A program made the position numbers and the translations under genes. This document shows positions 9,877 through 19,598 of a stretch of DNA of 64,000 bases, one piece after another (within the stretch, counting starts at the first letter, position 1; every line of letters begins with the position of its first letter). The DNA is from Terriglobia bacterium (lineage in GTDB: Bacteria; Acidobacteriota; Terriglobia; Bryobacterales; Bryobacteraceae). The stretch lies in the NCBI GenBank assembly GCA_963830415.1, contig CAWHMG010000004.1:13436-77435 (forward strand). Reading direction: 5' to 3'. The notes below the pieces were generated by a model. That model had not been told where the DNA came from and made no database searches. It worked only from the letters and a program-made list of their open reading frames with translations.

Positions 9877-11925
9877 ATGAGTGAAGATTTCAAAGATAAT
9901 CCGCTCCTTGCCGAGCGACCTCCGATCCAGTTCGACCGGGTGAAGGCCGAACATGTGGAACCTGCCATTCAGTGGCTTTTGGGCGAGATGAAGAACCGCT
10001 TGTCCGATATGAGCAGCGGATCAATTGCACGATCATACGACAACATCCTGTTGACGTTAGACCAGTTCACGGAACCGCTCGATTTCGCCATGTCCGTCGT
10101 CAGGCACTTGGAGGCTGTCTCTACGTATCCGGAACTGCGAAACGCTTACAACAACATCCAGGCTCCGGTAAGCCAGTTTTATTCCTCGATTCCGTTAAAT
10201 GCGGAGCTTTGGGAAGCGGTGAAGCAAGTGGAGCAAGACACCAACCCGGATGACCTGGCTCCGGTGCACCGGCGTTTTCTAAGAAAGACGGTCAGCGGTT
10301 TTCGAAGGGCCGGAGCCGATCTGGATGTGGCAGGCAAGAAGAGATTGGAAGAAATCGATGTCGCGTTGACCGAAGTTACCAACAAGTTTGCGCAAAATGT
10401 TCTGGACGCGACCAATGCTTTCGAGCTTGTAATCACAGACGCGGCGCAGCTTAGCGGCTTGCCCGAATCCGCGCTGACGGCGGCGCGGGAAAGTGCCAAA
10501 TCGAAGGGCAGGGAAGGGTGGCGGCTCACTTTGCAGGCCCCCAGCTACATCGCGTCGATGACGTATCTCGATAGCCGTTCTTTGCGGCAGGAGCTTTGGG
10601 AAGCCTCGAACAGGCGCGCGACGTCCGGCGAGCTGGACAATCGCGGGCTGATCGGGGAGATTTTGCGGCTCCGGCGGGAAAAGGCCCGGCTCCTCGGTTA
10701 CAGTGATTTTGCCGACCTTGTTCTAGAAGAGCGCATGGCTCACACGGGGGCGAGGGCCGAGGCATTTCTCGAAGACCTCTATCGCAAGACAGAGCCAGCG
10801 TTCGAGCTGGAAAACGCCAGCCTGGCCGAACTCGGAAAGAAACTTGGCTACTCCACAGTCGAGCCCTGGGATGTTAGCTATCTCGCCGAAAAGCAGCGCC
10901 GCGCTTTGTACGATTTCGATGAAGAGGAACTGCGGCCCTACTTCGAGCTCGACCGCGTGGTGGCCGGCATGTTCGACATCTTCGGCCGCATTCTCGGCAT
11001 CCAGGTGATCGAAGAACCCGGCGTGCCAGTCTGGGACCGGGCAGTTAAGTACTTCCGAGTGCAGGATGGCTCCTCGGGCAGTCTGCTGGGTGGCTTCTAC
11101 ACCGACTGGTTTCCCCGCGAGAACAAGCGCGGCGGAGCCTGGATGGATTCTCTAATCACGGGCAATCCGGAGGAAGGCGAGCCCCATGTCGGGCTGATCT
11201 GCGGAAATTTGACTCCGCCGGTAGGTGACACTCCCGCGCTGCTCACGCATCGCGAGGTCGAAACGATTTTCCATGAATTCGGCCATCTCCTCCACCATAT
11301 CCTCAGCCGCGTGCCAATTCGCACGCTTGCCGGAACCAACGTTCCGTGGGATTTTGTCGAGCTGCCTTCCCAGATTATGGAGAACTGGGCCATGGAGCAG
11401 GAAGCGCTGCACCTGTTTGCGCGCCATCACCAGAGCGGCGAAAGCATACCGGACGAATTGTTCCAAAAAATGAAGCGCGCCCGAACTTTCCGGAATGCCA
11501 ATCTGCAGATGCGGCAGCTTGGTTTCGGCACGGTCGATCTAAAGCTTCATCGCGAGTTTAATCCCGATGAGAACGGCGATCCGCTGGCGTTCGCCCGCGA
11601 CATACTTGCGAAGTTCACGCCTGCCGCTTTGCCCTCCGATTACGGTATGATTGCCAGCTTCACCCACCTGTTCGCCAGCCCTGTGGCTTATGGCGCCGGT
11701 TATTACTCTTACAAATGGGCAGAGGTGCTCGACGCGGACGCGTTCACGCGTTTTCGCCGGGAAGGTATCTTTAGCGCCGAAACCGGCGGCGATTATAGGC
11801 GTCACATTCTCGAGCGCGGAGATTCAGAAGATCCCGCTCAACTTTACCGGAGCTTCATGGGACGAGATCCGGATCCCAACGCTCTGCTCGAGCGCTTAGG
11901 ACTATTGAAAGGAGTGGCGGCTTAA
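9877..11925 (+). CDS. M3-family oligopeptidase (oligopeptidase A / Dcp-like), cytoplasmic
   Basis: 682 aa with HExxH ([10 protein letters not shown]) followed by downstream E ([12 protein letters not shown]). No signal peptide. Confidence 0.9.
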   Translation: MSEDFKDNPLLAERPPIQFDRVKAEHVEPAIQWLLGEMKNRLSDMSSGSIARSYDNILLTLDQFTEPLDFAMSVVRHLEAVSTYPELRNAYNNIQAPVSQFYSSIPLNAELWEAVKQVEQDTNPDDLAPVHRRFLRKTVSGFRRAGADLDVAGKKRLEEIDVALTEVTNKFAQNVLDATNAFELVITDAAQLSGLPESALTAARESAKSKGREGWRLTLQAPSYIASMTYLDSRSLRQELWEASNRRATSGELDNRGLIGEILRLRREKARLLGYSDFADLVLEERMAHTGARAEAFLEDLYRKTEPAFELENASLAELGKKLGYSTVEPWDVSYLAEKQRRALYDFDEEELRPYFELDRVVAGMFDIFGRILGIQVIEEPGVPVWDRAVKYFRVQDGSSGSLLGGFYTDWFPRENKRGGAWMDSLITGNPEEGEPHVGLICGNLTPPVGDTPALLTHREVETIFHEFGHLLHHILSRVPIRTLAGTNVPWDFVELPSQIMENWAMEQEALHLFARHHQSGESIPDELFQKMKRARTFRNANLQMRQLGFGTVDLKLHREFNPDENGDPLAFARDILAKFTPAALPSDYGMIASFTHLFASPVAYGAGYYSYKWAEVLDADAFTRFRREGIFSAETGGDYRRHILERGDSEDPAQLYRSFMGRDPDPNALLERLGLLKGVAA

Positions 11926-11927
11926 AA

Positions 11928-12719
11928 GTGACTGAGGCCGAGGAACAACTCGGGATATTGAAGCAGCAGATGGAGCAGCTCGAGCAGGCTCACGCGAGCT
12001 GTCTGAAGGAAATTGAAAACGTTCGGCGAGAACTAGATAGTAGTCTGGCCGATGCCCACGCGGCCCAGGAAGAGCTGCATTACTTCGTGTATGCGGCCAG
12101 TCACGACTTGCAGCAGCCGCTGCGCGCAATCGGTACTCATGCTCAACTGCTGCAGAGGCAGGTCCCTAACGATGATCGCGTGAAAGAATTCACAAACGTC
12201 ATCGTCCAGAACGCCGCTCAGATGAATAGGCTGATCGCCGATTTATTGACCTATTCGCGTACCGGCAATACCGCGCAATGCGCGTCCCTGAACCTTGACG
12301 GCCCCTTGCAATGGGCGCTCTTAAATTTAGGAAAAGACATTCAGCAATGCGGCGCGCAAGTGACCAGCGGCGAACTCCCGGAAGCGTTCGCCGATGAAAA
12401 GCAGATGGTCACTGTCTTCGAGAACCTGCTGAGTAACTCATTCAAATACCGCGGCGAGGAAGCGCCAAAAGTTGAGGTTGCGGGCGAGACCGGGGATGAT
12501 TTCCACACCGTCTCTGTGCGCGATAATGGCGTTGGAATCAAGCCGGAGTTTCACGAGAGGGTGTTCGAGCCCTTCAAACGCCTGCACGGAAGAGAGATCC
12601 CGGGTAGCGGACTCGGGCTTTCTATTTGCCGCAAGATCGTGCGCGCTCATCGGGGCAAGATCTGGGTGGAAAGCGACGGCGTGCACGGCTCGACTGTGAA
12701 GTTCACCGTTCCCGCTTGA
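11928..12719 (+). CDS. soluble histidine kinase (coiled coil + HisKA + HATPase_c), no sensor domain
   Basis: GTG start 2 nt after the M3 stop. H-box AASHDLQQPLRAI, N-box ENLLSNSFKY, G1 DNGVGI, G2 GSGLGLSICRKIV. No TM or PAS segment. Confidence 0.8.
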   Translation: MTEAEEQLGILKQQMEQLEQAHASCLKEIENVRRELDSSLADAHAAQEELHYFVYAASHDLQQPLRAIGTHAQLLQRQVPNDDRVKEFTNVIVQNAAQMNRLIADLLTYSRTGNTAQCASLNLDGPLQWALLNLGKDIQQCGAQVTSGELPEAFADEKQMVTVFENLLSNSFKYRGEEAPKVEVAGETGDDFHTVSVRDNGVGIKPEFHERVFEPFKRLHGREIPGSGLGLSICRKIVRAHRGKIWVESDGVHGSTVKFTVPA

Positions 12720-12852
12720 CCGGCCTCAGTTGGTGCAATCGGCCCAACATCGGTGCATTTCAACCAGCGCCACGCCGTAGTAAACCCAGCTAACTCCTTT
12801 TGTTCTGAAGCTTAGAGAGTGGCATCCGACCTGTACATAAGGTTGGCGTAGT

Positions 12853-15054
12853 ATGTTTCGCGATTCCATAACGATGCTAGTGGCCTTCGCGGTAGCCTCG
12901 TTTACTTTGAACCCGGCTCTCGAGGCGCAATATAGCGGGCCGGCGGCTCCACAGGCGCAAATGAGCCAGTACCCTCCTATCACACAAAATCAGGGCACAC
13001 GGGATCCGGGCACGCAGAACGGGAACCAAGCTCCGCAAGGTCCAGGGTTCGATCCGAATGGAACCCCTGACCAGCAGAGTAATCCTCAGCAGGACCTAGC
13101 GGCGGACCAGAAACATGCAGTGGCGCGGTTGAGCATCGCTCAGGGCGACGTGAATATCAAGCTTGGAAACGGCGAACTGACCGGAGCCGCTCTGAATGCC
13201 CCGCTGCTTGCCCAGGATCGCCTCCAGACTTCCGATGGTTCGCGGGCTGAGGTCGAACTCGATGCCGCGAATCTGGTGAGGCTTGCGCCGAATACCGATC
13301 TCGGCTTTGCTGACCTGGAATATCACCGGTACCAACTTCAGCTTGGGGCGGGAACCATCATCTACAGAGTCCTGCGCCAATCGGACGCGCAGGTGGAAGT
13401 CGATACGCCGAGCGTGGGGTTCCGGCCCATGAGCCTGGGCGAATTCCGCTTGAGCGTGCTCGATGACGGTACCACTCAGATCACCGCGCGCTCCGGTCAA
13501 GGCGAAATCTTCGGTCCGCGCGGCTCGCAAGCCTTACCAGCCGGCCAGACCGTGCTTGTGCGGGGAAATTCGGGCGATCCCGAGTTCCGCAGTGCGCCCG
13601 AGATCGCCCGCGATCAGTTCGAGGATTGGAGTGCTCACCGGGACAGCGATCTTTTGCGTTCTCAGAGCTATCGGTATGTGAGCCAGGACGTCGCTGGAGC
13701 AGCCGATCTGGACAACTATGGCCAGTGGGTGCCTTCACAGTACGGACAAGTTTGGACTCCTCAATCGCAACCTGCCGGATGGTCTCCCTACAGCACAGGC
13801 CAGTGGTCCTGGGACGATTACTACGGCTGGAATTGGGTGGATTCCGCGCCGTGGGGCTGGGCGCCTTACCATTACGGGCGCTGGTTCTGGAATGGCGGTT
13901 ATGGCTGGTCCTGGTGGCCAGGCGCTATTGGCGCTTCATTCTGGAGCCCGGCGTTGGTCGGTTTCTTCGGGTGGGGCGGTTTTGGTATCGGTCTCGGCAT
14001 CGGCGGACTTGGCTGGTGTGCTCTGGCGCCCTTTGAATCGTTCCATCGCTGGTGGGGACAGGGCTGGTATGGGCGAGGCTGGGGCGGGCGCGGCTTCCGG
14101 CCCTATAACAATTTCGCCCGGAACGCGGACATAGCCAGAACCTATCGCAATGCGGCTTACCGCGGCGGAGCCATGACGGCCAGCTATAACGCGTTCGGCG
14201 GTCCGCATCAGAGGTTTTCGCCCGCCACGAGAAGCCAGTTGACAAATGCCAGCTCTTTCCGGGGAGGCCAGTTGCCAATTACTCCCACCCGGGCGAGCTA
14301 CCAGTTTTCGAACCGCGCAGTGGCTGCGAATCCGAGGCTCGCCTCCGCTTCGAGCCGTCAGTTTTTCCAAAGCTCGCAATTTCGCTCGATTCCGACTGCC
14401 GGCGGGCGGCCTGGCACGGGCAGCGGTGTAACAAGCCCAAATCTGAATTCGCCGCGATCGGCCCACGGTATCGCTCCTAATATTCAAAACAGCTACGCCG
14501 GACGAGGAGGTTATTCGGGCGCGGCCAATCCGTCGAACGGCTGGCAGCGGTTTGGCGATCCGGGCAACGGCGGCGCTCTGCGGCAGGGATTTGCCAGTGG
14601 GTCGGAACAGAGCGGCTGGCACCGTTTCGGACAGCCGCAACAGCAAGGCAGTACCTCCTCTCAGTTGAGCGGAGGCCGGATGAACGCTGCGCCTGCGCCG
14701 AATCGGAATAGCGGGCCAGCTGCCAATACGCGTTCCTATACGCCTACGCCGGGTTTCTCGGCGCCGCGCAACAACACGCCAAGCTACAACTCCCCGGGTT
14801 ACAACAGGCCAAATTATAACTCCCCGAGTTACAACAGGCCGAGTTATAGCTCACCTAGTTACGGTACCCCGCACTACAACGTGCCCAGTTACAGTGCCCC
14901 GCATTACAGCGCTCCGAGCGCGCCGCGTTTCAGCGCACCCTCAGGTGGCAGTTCGTCCGGTGGCGGACACAGCGTTGGCTCCTCGGGCGGCGGACACAGT
15001 GGCGGCTCTTCCGGTGGCGGCGGAGGTCATGGCGGCGGGGGTCATCACCGCTAA
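12853..15054 (+). CDS. secreted FecR-like + Trp/Gly-rich (DUF6600-type) protein with repetitive low-complexity tail
   Basis: Signal peptide and a Q/N/P-rich linker. FecR-like beta region (ARLSIAQGDVNIKLGNGE...RAEVELD...). Core YGQWVPSQYGQVWTPQSQPAGWSPYSTGQWSWDDYYGWNWVDSAPWGWAPYHYGRWFWNGGYGWSWWPG. The family name is from memory. Confidence 0.6.
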   Translation: MFRDSITMLVAFAVASFTLNPALEAQYSGPAAPQAQMSQYPPITQNQGTRDPGTQNGNQAPQGPGFDPNGTPDQQSNPQQDLAADQKHAVARLSIAQGDVNIKLGNGELTGAALNAPLLAQDRLQTSDGSRAEVELDAANLVRLAPNTDLGFADLEYHRYQLQLGAGTIIYRVLRQSDAQVEVDTPSVGFRPMSLGEFRLSVLDDGTTQITARSGQGEIFGPRGSQALPAGQTVLVRGNSGDPEFRSAPEIARDQFEDWSAHRDSDLLRSQSYRYVSQDVAGAADLDNYGQWVPSQYGQVWTPQSQPAGWSPYSTGQWSWDDYYGWNWVDSAPWGWAPYHYGRWFWNGGYGWSWWPGAIGASFWSPALVGFFGWGGFGIGLGIGGLGWCALAPFESFHRWWGQGWYGRGWGGRGFRPYNNFARNADIARTYRNAAYRGGAMTASYNAFGGPHQRFSPATRSQLTNASSFRGGQLPITPTRASYQFSNRAVAANPRLASASSRQFFQSSQFRSIPTAGGRPGTGSGVTSPNLNSPRSAHGIAPNIQNSYAGRGGYSGAANPSNGWQRFGDPGNGGALRQGFASGSEQSGWHRFGQPQQQGSTSSQLSGGRMNAAPAPNRNSGPAANTRSYTPTPGFSAPRNNTPSYNSPGYNRPNYNSPSYNRPSYSSPSYGTPHYNVPSYSAPHYSAPSAPRFSAPSGGSSSGGGHSVGSSGGGHSGGSSGGGGGHGGGGHHR
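14779..14943 (+). repeat. in-frame pentapeptide P-x-Y-x-x repeats (about 9-10 units), including a near-duplicate 30-nt unit
   Basis: PSYNS PGYNR PNYNS PSYNR PSYSS PSYGT PHYNV PSYSA PHYSA. DNA units 14782-14811 and 14812-14841 are near-identical. A Gly/Ser/His tail follows to 15051. Confidence 0.8.
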
Positions 15055-15079
15055 CGCTCAAATTCACGCTTTTCCCTCA

Positions 15080-15121
15080 GCCGCTCCGGCTCACCTGACA
15101 GAACTGGAGCGGCCTTTTTTT
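15080..15121 (+). terminator. rho-independent terminator
   Basis: GCCGCTCCGG - loop - CTGGAGCGGC stem followed by CTTTTTTT, 26 nt after the stop codon. Confidence 0.75.
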
Positions 15122-15130
15122 CGGCACGCC

Positions 15131-16477
15131 TCAGAACCCCGAAAATCCAGCCCGTTCCAAACCGCGCCTCGCCTCGGGATTCTTCATGAATGTCTCCCAA
15201 ACGAAACCCGTGCGCAAATTCTCGGCCATCAACATCGTAATACCGGTATCGATTCCAATCACGTCCGTGTCATACCATTTTGTCAGCGGATTAAATGCAT
15301 TCACGAAACCATATTGGCTCCAGGCAGCGCCGTAACGGTTCCGTATATTCTTTAGCACACGCAGCGTTTGCGGAGGCATGAAAGGAAGCGACCCGCCGGG
15401 CGCGCTTGGCACCACCGTTCCATCTATAGGCCCAATTTCCGGAGGGCCTCCCCACACCACGTAGCCGTGCTCCGAATCCGACGCCGTGATCCCCCACAAA
15501 TCGTCGCTATAGTCCGGAAACTGCTTCGAAAGTTCAAGGCAGAAGCGGCGATGAACCTCGGTCGCGATAATCGAGTTCTTGAAATAATCCACAAATTGGT
15601 CCTGCTTACCGCGAAAATCGAACCACGCCTGTGAATACTGGTGTATGAACAGCGGCGCAAAGGAACCGATGTAGCGCAGCCCTTCATATTCGAAAGTCGT
15701 TCGCTTCCATGAGTTCCAGACTTCATAGGGCAGCGGATAGCGCGACGAGCCGAGCCCGAGCAGATACATCATCATCAACTCGCTGTAATAATCCCAGCGG
15801 TAAGGCAGAAACCCGTTCTCGGGCGACCAGCCATGCGGCAGCAGATTCGTATCTTCGGAGAGCCACGTCCACTCAACGCGGTTGTAAATATCGAAAGCCA
15901 GCCGCGTCACTTGGGAACTTCGGAAGTGCTGACGGCAGGTAAGGACGCCGCACAGCAAAAGCGCCGTATCGATCGAGGAAATTTCGGAATCCCAAATGCG
16001 TTCGCCTGTTTTCGCATTGGCGAAGTGGTAGAAGAAGCCGCGATGATTCGGCATCTTCTCCCAAAGAAAGCGCAGCACCAAAATGGCCCGCTCGCGCGCC
16101 TCCGTCATCGAGACATAGCCGCGTTGCTGCCCGATGCACAGCGCCGTCAACCCGAATCCGGTCGCGGCAATACTAGCTACAATCGAGTGGTCCGGCTGGC
16201 GCACGTTGCAGCGATCTTTGATCAATCCTGTCTGCGGATCCGCCTGTTCCCAGAAGAACTGGAAATTGGTCTTCTCCAGCTCCTCCAGAAAATCGTCGTC
16301 TTCGCTAGATAGATTCGCAGCGGAAAACTCCGGCGAAACCACCACGGGTTGAGGCCGTTGGCAGAAGCAAAGCTGGGCCGCGCCACTCGCCAAAGGAAGA
16401 CTGGCCGCCGCACGCAGCATCCGCTGTAACAGCGCGCGGCGTGATGCACGATTAAGCTGGATATTGTTCGACTTCAC
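15131..16477 (-). CDS. glucoamylase-family / DUF3131 protein (GH144-like beta-1,2-glucanase candidate), Tat-type signal
   Basis: N-terminus SRRALLQRML...AAQL. FFWEQADPQTGLIKDR...SIAATGFGLTALCIGQQRGY...GFFYHF...SSIDTALLLCG pattern recalled from the PF10091/PF11329 families. Confidence 0.55.
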   Translation of the reverse strand: MKSNNIQLNRASRRALLQRMLRAAASLPLASGAAQLCFCQRPQPVVVSPEFSAANLSSEDDDFLEELEKTNFQFFWEQADPQTGLIKDRCNVRQPDHSIVASIAATGFGLTALCIGQQRGYVSMTEARERAILVLRFLWEKMPNHRGFFYHFANAKTGERIWDSEISSIDTALLLCGVLTCRQHFRSSQVTRLAFDIYNRVEWTWLSEDTNLLPHGWSPENGFLPYRWDYYSELMMMYLLGLGSSRYPLPYEVWNSWKRTTFEYEGLRYIGSFAPLFIHQYSQAWFDFRGKQDQFVDYFKNSIIATEVHRRFCLELSKQFPDYSDDLWGITASDSEHGYVVWGGPPEIGPIDGTVVPSAPGGSLPFMPPQTLRVLKNIRNRYGAAWSQYGFVNAFNPLTKWYDTDVIGIDTGITMLMAENLRTGFVWETFMKNPEARRGLERAGFSGF

Positions 16478-16495
16478 GGATTTCGACGGAAACAG

Positions 16496-17506
16496 ATGAC
16501 CGGGAAACGAAGAATCGCCATTTGGACAAGGGCAGTGGTTAGCGTCATCATTGCGGTAACGGGATTATTCTTCATTATTCGACAACGGCAACCGTCGGGC
16601 CCGATTCTGCTCACTGGCGTGGTCCTGAAGCAGGATGCCGATCCGCAAAAGCAATCGCCGATTCCGGATGCAGTCGTAACCGCCACCATGGGCGAAGGAT
16701 CTTTCCGAGCGGTCTCGGATTCCTCAGGCCTCTTTCATCTGACTCTGCAACCGCGCACGGCCAAGCCATCGACGTTCGAGCTTAATTTTCGTCACCCTGG
16801 ATACCTCTCGCTCGGCATGACCGTTATCAATGGAAACCAGCTCTGTGTCGCGCGGCTCTCGCCCGTCCTGAGCGTCGCGAGCGTGCCGGTCATCCTCTCG
16901 GAGTCGCGACTCGGCAACATCAGAGTACGGTATTCGGAGAAGGCTCCCATCACGACCAACGTCGGCAGTTACGTCAAGACATTTGAAGTGGTGAACACCG
17001 GTAACGTACCGTGCGGCGGCCGGCCTCCCTGCTCGCCCGATGATAAATGGAAAGCTACCATCGGCTCCTTCACGGTTGACACCGAGGGCCGCGAGTTCCG
17101 CAACGTTCGGTTGTCGTGTATTGCGGGGCCGTGTCCGTTCAGCAAGATCGAGTCGCAGGGCCTGTCCGCTGCTAACCACAATCTGCAGATCTCAGTGCGC
17201 AACTGGTCCGACACGACCACCTATTTGCTCGAAGCGGAAGTGAGCCAGACGATTTTGAGCGAGATGATCCGGCAAGCTTATCCGGCCATTTTCGGATCGA
17301 GTATGAATTTCACGCTGCCCGCGGCAGCTCAAGGACCCAGCATCGAAGCGGAAGTGAGCGGACCGGGCCAAGAGCACAAGCAAGACATTGTCTTTCCCTT
17401 AGGGCCCGATCTCATTTTGTCTTGGGCATCTTGCAGCCTCAAAATCACTCCCGCCCGCACCAAGCTGTTTCGCTGCGATCTGAAACCGGGCTACCGGTTC
17501 CAATAG
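16496..17506 (+). CDS. membrane-anchored hypothetical protein with carboxypeptidase-regulatory-like beta domain
   Basis: N-terminal TM (AVVSVIIAVTGLFFII), then LLTGVVLKQ...PIPDAVVTATMGEGSFRAVSDSSGLFHLTL. The Cys-containing C-terminal domain is not recognisable. Confidence 0.5.
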   Translation: MTGKRRIAIWTRAVVSVIIAVTGLFFIIRQRQPSGPILLTGVVLKQDADPQKQSPIPDAVVTATMGEGSFRAVSDSSGLFHLTLQPRTAKPSTFELNFRHPGYLSLGMTVINGNQLCVARLSPVLSVASVPVILSESRLGNIRVRYSEKAPITTNVGSYVKTFEVVNTGNVPCGGRPPCSPDDKWKATIGSFTVDTEGREFRNVRLSCIAGPCPFSKIESQGLSAANHNLQISVRNWSDTTTYLLEAEVSQTILSEMIRQAYPAIFGSSMNFTLPAAAQGPSIEAEVSGPGQEHKQDIVFPLGPDLILSWASCSLKITPARTKLFRCDLKPGYRFQ

Positions 17507-17590
17507 GATCCGCGAAGCTCCCACTCCAACTACGCAAAATAGGCGTATAGTCAGTCTTGTAGTTTGACTTTGCAACTCAGGGGGTTCACC

Positions 17591-18709
17591 GTGAGAATTC
17601 ACCGCGCTTTTCAAACTGGCACAAATGTAGGTTTCACTCTTGCCGTTGTGCTTTCATCTCAACTTCTCTTAGCCGACACGTTTACCCGAACGGATCTTGT
17701 TTCCGACGTGCCTGGCATGGCTGCCACAACCGATCCAAATCTCAAGAATCCCTGGGGCGTCTCTTTCGTGCCAGGTGGTTCGCCGTTCTGGGTTTCCAAT
17801 CAACTCTCGGGCACATCGACTCTCTACGACGGTGCGGGTGTCAAGCAGACGCTGGTGGTTACCATTCCCCCTGGCACTCCGCCCGTCACCGGCCCCACCG
17901 GTCAGGTATTTAGCGGTGGCAGCGGTTTCGCACTGCCTAGTGGCGGCCCGGCTTTCTTCATCTTTGACACTCTGAACGGCACAATCGATAGCTGGGGGCC
18001 GCCAGGCAGCGCAGCCGTCCAAACTGCATCCACGCCCGGCGCTGTCTATACCGGCTTGGCTCTCGCCAGTTCCGGCGGCTCGAATTATCTCTACGCGGCC
18101 GATTCCACGGGCAGCATTCGGGTGTTCGATTCGAGTTACAAGCCAGTTACTCTCGCCGGGAACTTTACCGACCCGAAAGGTGTCGCGGGCTTTGTCCCTT
18201 TTAACATCCAGGCGATTGGCTCGAGCCTGTATGTGACTTATGCGCAATTAACTCCCGCGGGTACCGGCCTGCCCGGCGGGTATGTGGACGTTTTCAACAC
18301 GGACGGCACGTTCTCGAAGCGCGTGGCTACCGGTGGACCTTTATTCGCACCTTGGGGTCTCACCATGGCGCCCGCCTCAGGTTTCGGCAGCTTTTCCGGC
18401 GATTTGCTGGTCGGAAACTTCGGCAACGGCGAGATCCTTGCCTACAATTCGAGCGGCACTTTCATGGGCACGCTGAATGACTCGACCGGTAAACCGATCG
18501 TCAACGATTTTCTCTGGTCCCTGAAATTCGACCCTGGCGCACCGGGCGTCTCCAATCCCGACGCGCTCTATTTCACCGCCGGCATCAACAACCAGAAAGA
18601 TGGCCTGTTTGGCACAATCGATTACACTCCGGAACCAGGCACAGTGATGCTGGTTCTCTTCGGTTTTGCGGCTGTGATTCTCTTCCGCCGCCGCTACTCA
18701 AAACTCTAA
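17591..18709 (+). CDS. TIGR03118-family beta-propeller-like protein with PEP-CTERM sorting signal
   Basis: NLKNPWGVSFVPGGSPFWVSNQLSGTSTLYDGAG... and C-terminal TPEPGTVMLVLFGFAAVILFRRR. GTG 17591 preferred over TTG 17564 because of the GGGGG-N6 Shine-Dalgarno; the start is uncertain. Confidence 0.7.
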   Translation: MRIHRAFQTGTNVGFTLAVVLSSQLLLADTFTRTDLVSDVPGMAATTDPNLKNPWGVSFVPGGSPFWVSNQLSGTSTLYDGAGVKQTLVVTIPPGTPPVTGPTGQVFSGGSGFALPSGGPAFFIFDTLNGTIDSWGPPGSAAVQTASTPGAVYTGLALASSGGSNYLYAADSTGSIRVFDSSYKPVTLAGNFTDPKGVAGFVPFNIQAIGSSLYVTYAQLTPAGTGLPGGYVDVFNTDGTFSKRVATGGPLFAPWGLTMAPASGFGSFSGDLLVGNFGNGEILAYNSSGTFMGTLNDSTGKPIVNDFLWSLKFDPGAPGVSNPDALYFTAGINNQKDGLFGTIDYTPEPGTVMLVLFGFAAVILFRRRYSKL

Positions 18710-18717
18710 GCGGGTAC

Positions 18718-18990
18718 ATGCATCGCCCGGATGAAGACGGACATTTGCCAGGAGAGGCTACCGGGATCCAGTTCCTAGACAACGAGCTGGATCTCTGCCA
18801 AACTTTCCTGGATCTTGCGGAAGTCGATGCGGACGACCCGGCTGTCGCTAACAAGGCCAGGGCCAACGCCCAGCGTGGATTTCAAACGGTCTTGTCTTTG
18901 ATTGCCACCGTACGCGATCCCGGGGAACTCGATCGCTTGACAACAAAACTGGATCGCTTGAAAGAGCGCTTGGGCAACGTTCCGACATGA
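18718..18990 (+). CDS. small acidic helical hypothetical protein (90 aa)
   Basis: ORF sits 17 nt upstream of the response regulator on the same strand. No recognisable motif; coding status is inferred from position and plausible composition. Confidence 0.35.
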   Translation: MHRPDEDGHLPGEATGIQFLDNELDLCQTFLDLAEVDADDPAVANKARANAQRGFQTVLSLIATVRDPGELDRLTTKLDRLKERLGNVPT

Positions 18991-19007
18991 AGCCGTAGAA
19001 TCGTTAT

Positions 19008-19598
19008 TTGGTCCAGCTAGAGAATCGCCAGCGCAGGCCCCGGATCCTCATCGTCGAGGACGAAATGATCACCGGCGCTTACTTGCGCCGCGTTCTCGTC
19101 CGGCTCGGGTATGAGGTTGTGGGAATGGCGTCAGGTGGCGCCTCGGCTCTCAAAGAGGTCGAGCAAACCCACCCCGACCTGCTGATCGCCGACATCGGTC
19201 TTGACGGCGAGATGGACGGCGTTGAATTAGCCGCGCGGGTCCTGAAAAAATGGCAGATACCGACTGTCTTTCTGACCGCCTACAACGATCCGGAAACGCA
19301 CATTCGCGCAAGGCTCACCGATGCTTATGGTTTTGTGGTAAAGCCGTTCGCAGAGCAGGATCTCTATGCCACGATTGAGACGGCCTTGCAGAAGAAAGAG
19401 CTCCAGACCGGATGCAATGTTGGCCAGCGCCTCGTCATCATACAGGCCGGCCTGCAACGGGTTTTAGAGGATTTTCCGGCTGCGGTTCGCGACCAGAAGA
19501 TCCCGGAGATCGAGACTTTAAGCCGTCGTGTAGCTGAGCTGGCAAACGATTTACGCGCAATATGCGATCGCTTGCAGCGAAATAAGGAAACAGAATGA
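19008..19598 (+). CDS. response regulator: receiver domain + about 70-aa helical C-terminal extension of unknown output
   Basis: RILIVEDE, phospho-acceptor context DLLIADIGLDGEMDG, T (FLTAY) and K (VVKPF). Non-ATG (TTG) start. The stop overlaps the next gene (ATGA at 19595-19598). Confidence 0.85.
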   Translation: MVQLENRQRRPRILIVEDEMITGAYLRRVLVRLGYEVVGMASGGASALKEVEQTHPDLLIADIGLDGEMDGVELAARVLKKWQIPTVFLTAYNDPETHIRARLTDAYGFVVKPFAEQDLYATIETALQKKELQTGCNVGQRLVIIQAGLQRVLEDFPAAVRDQKIPEIETLSRRVAELANDLRAICDRLQRNKETE

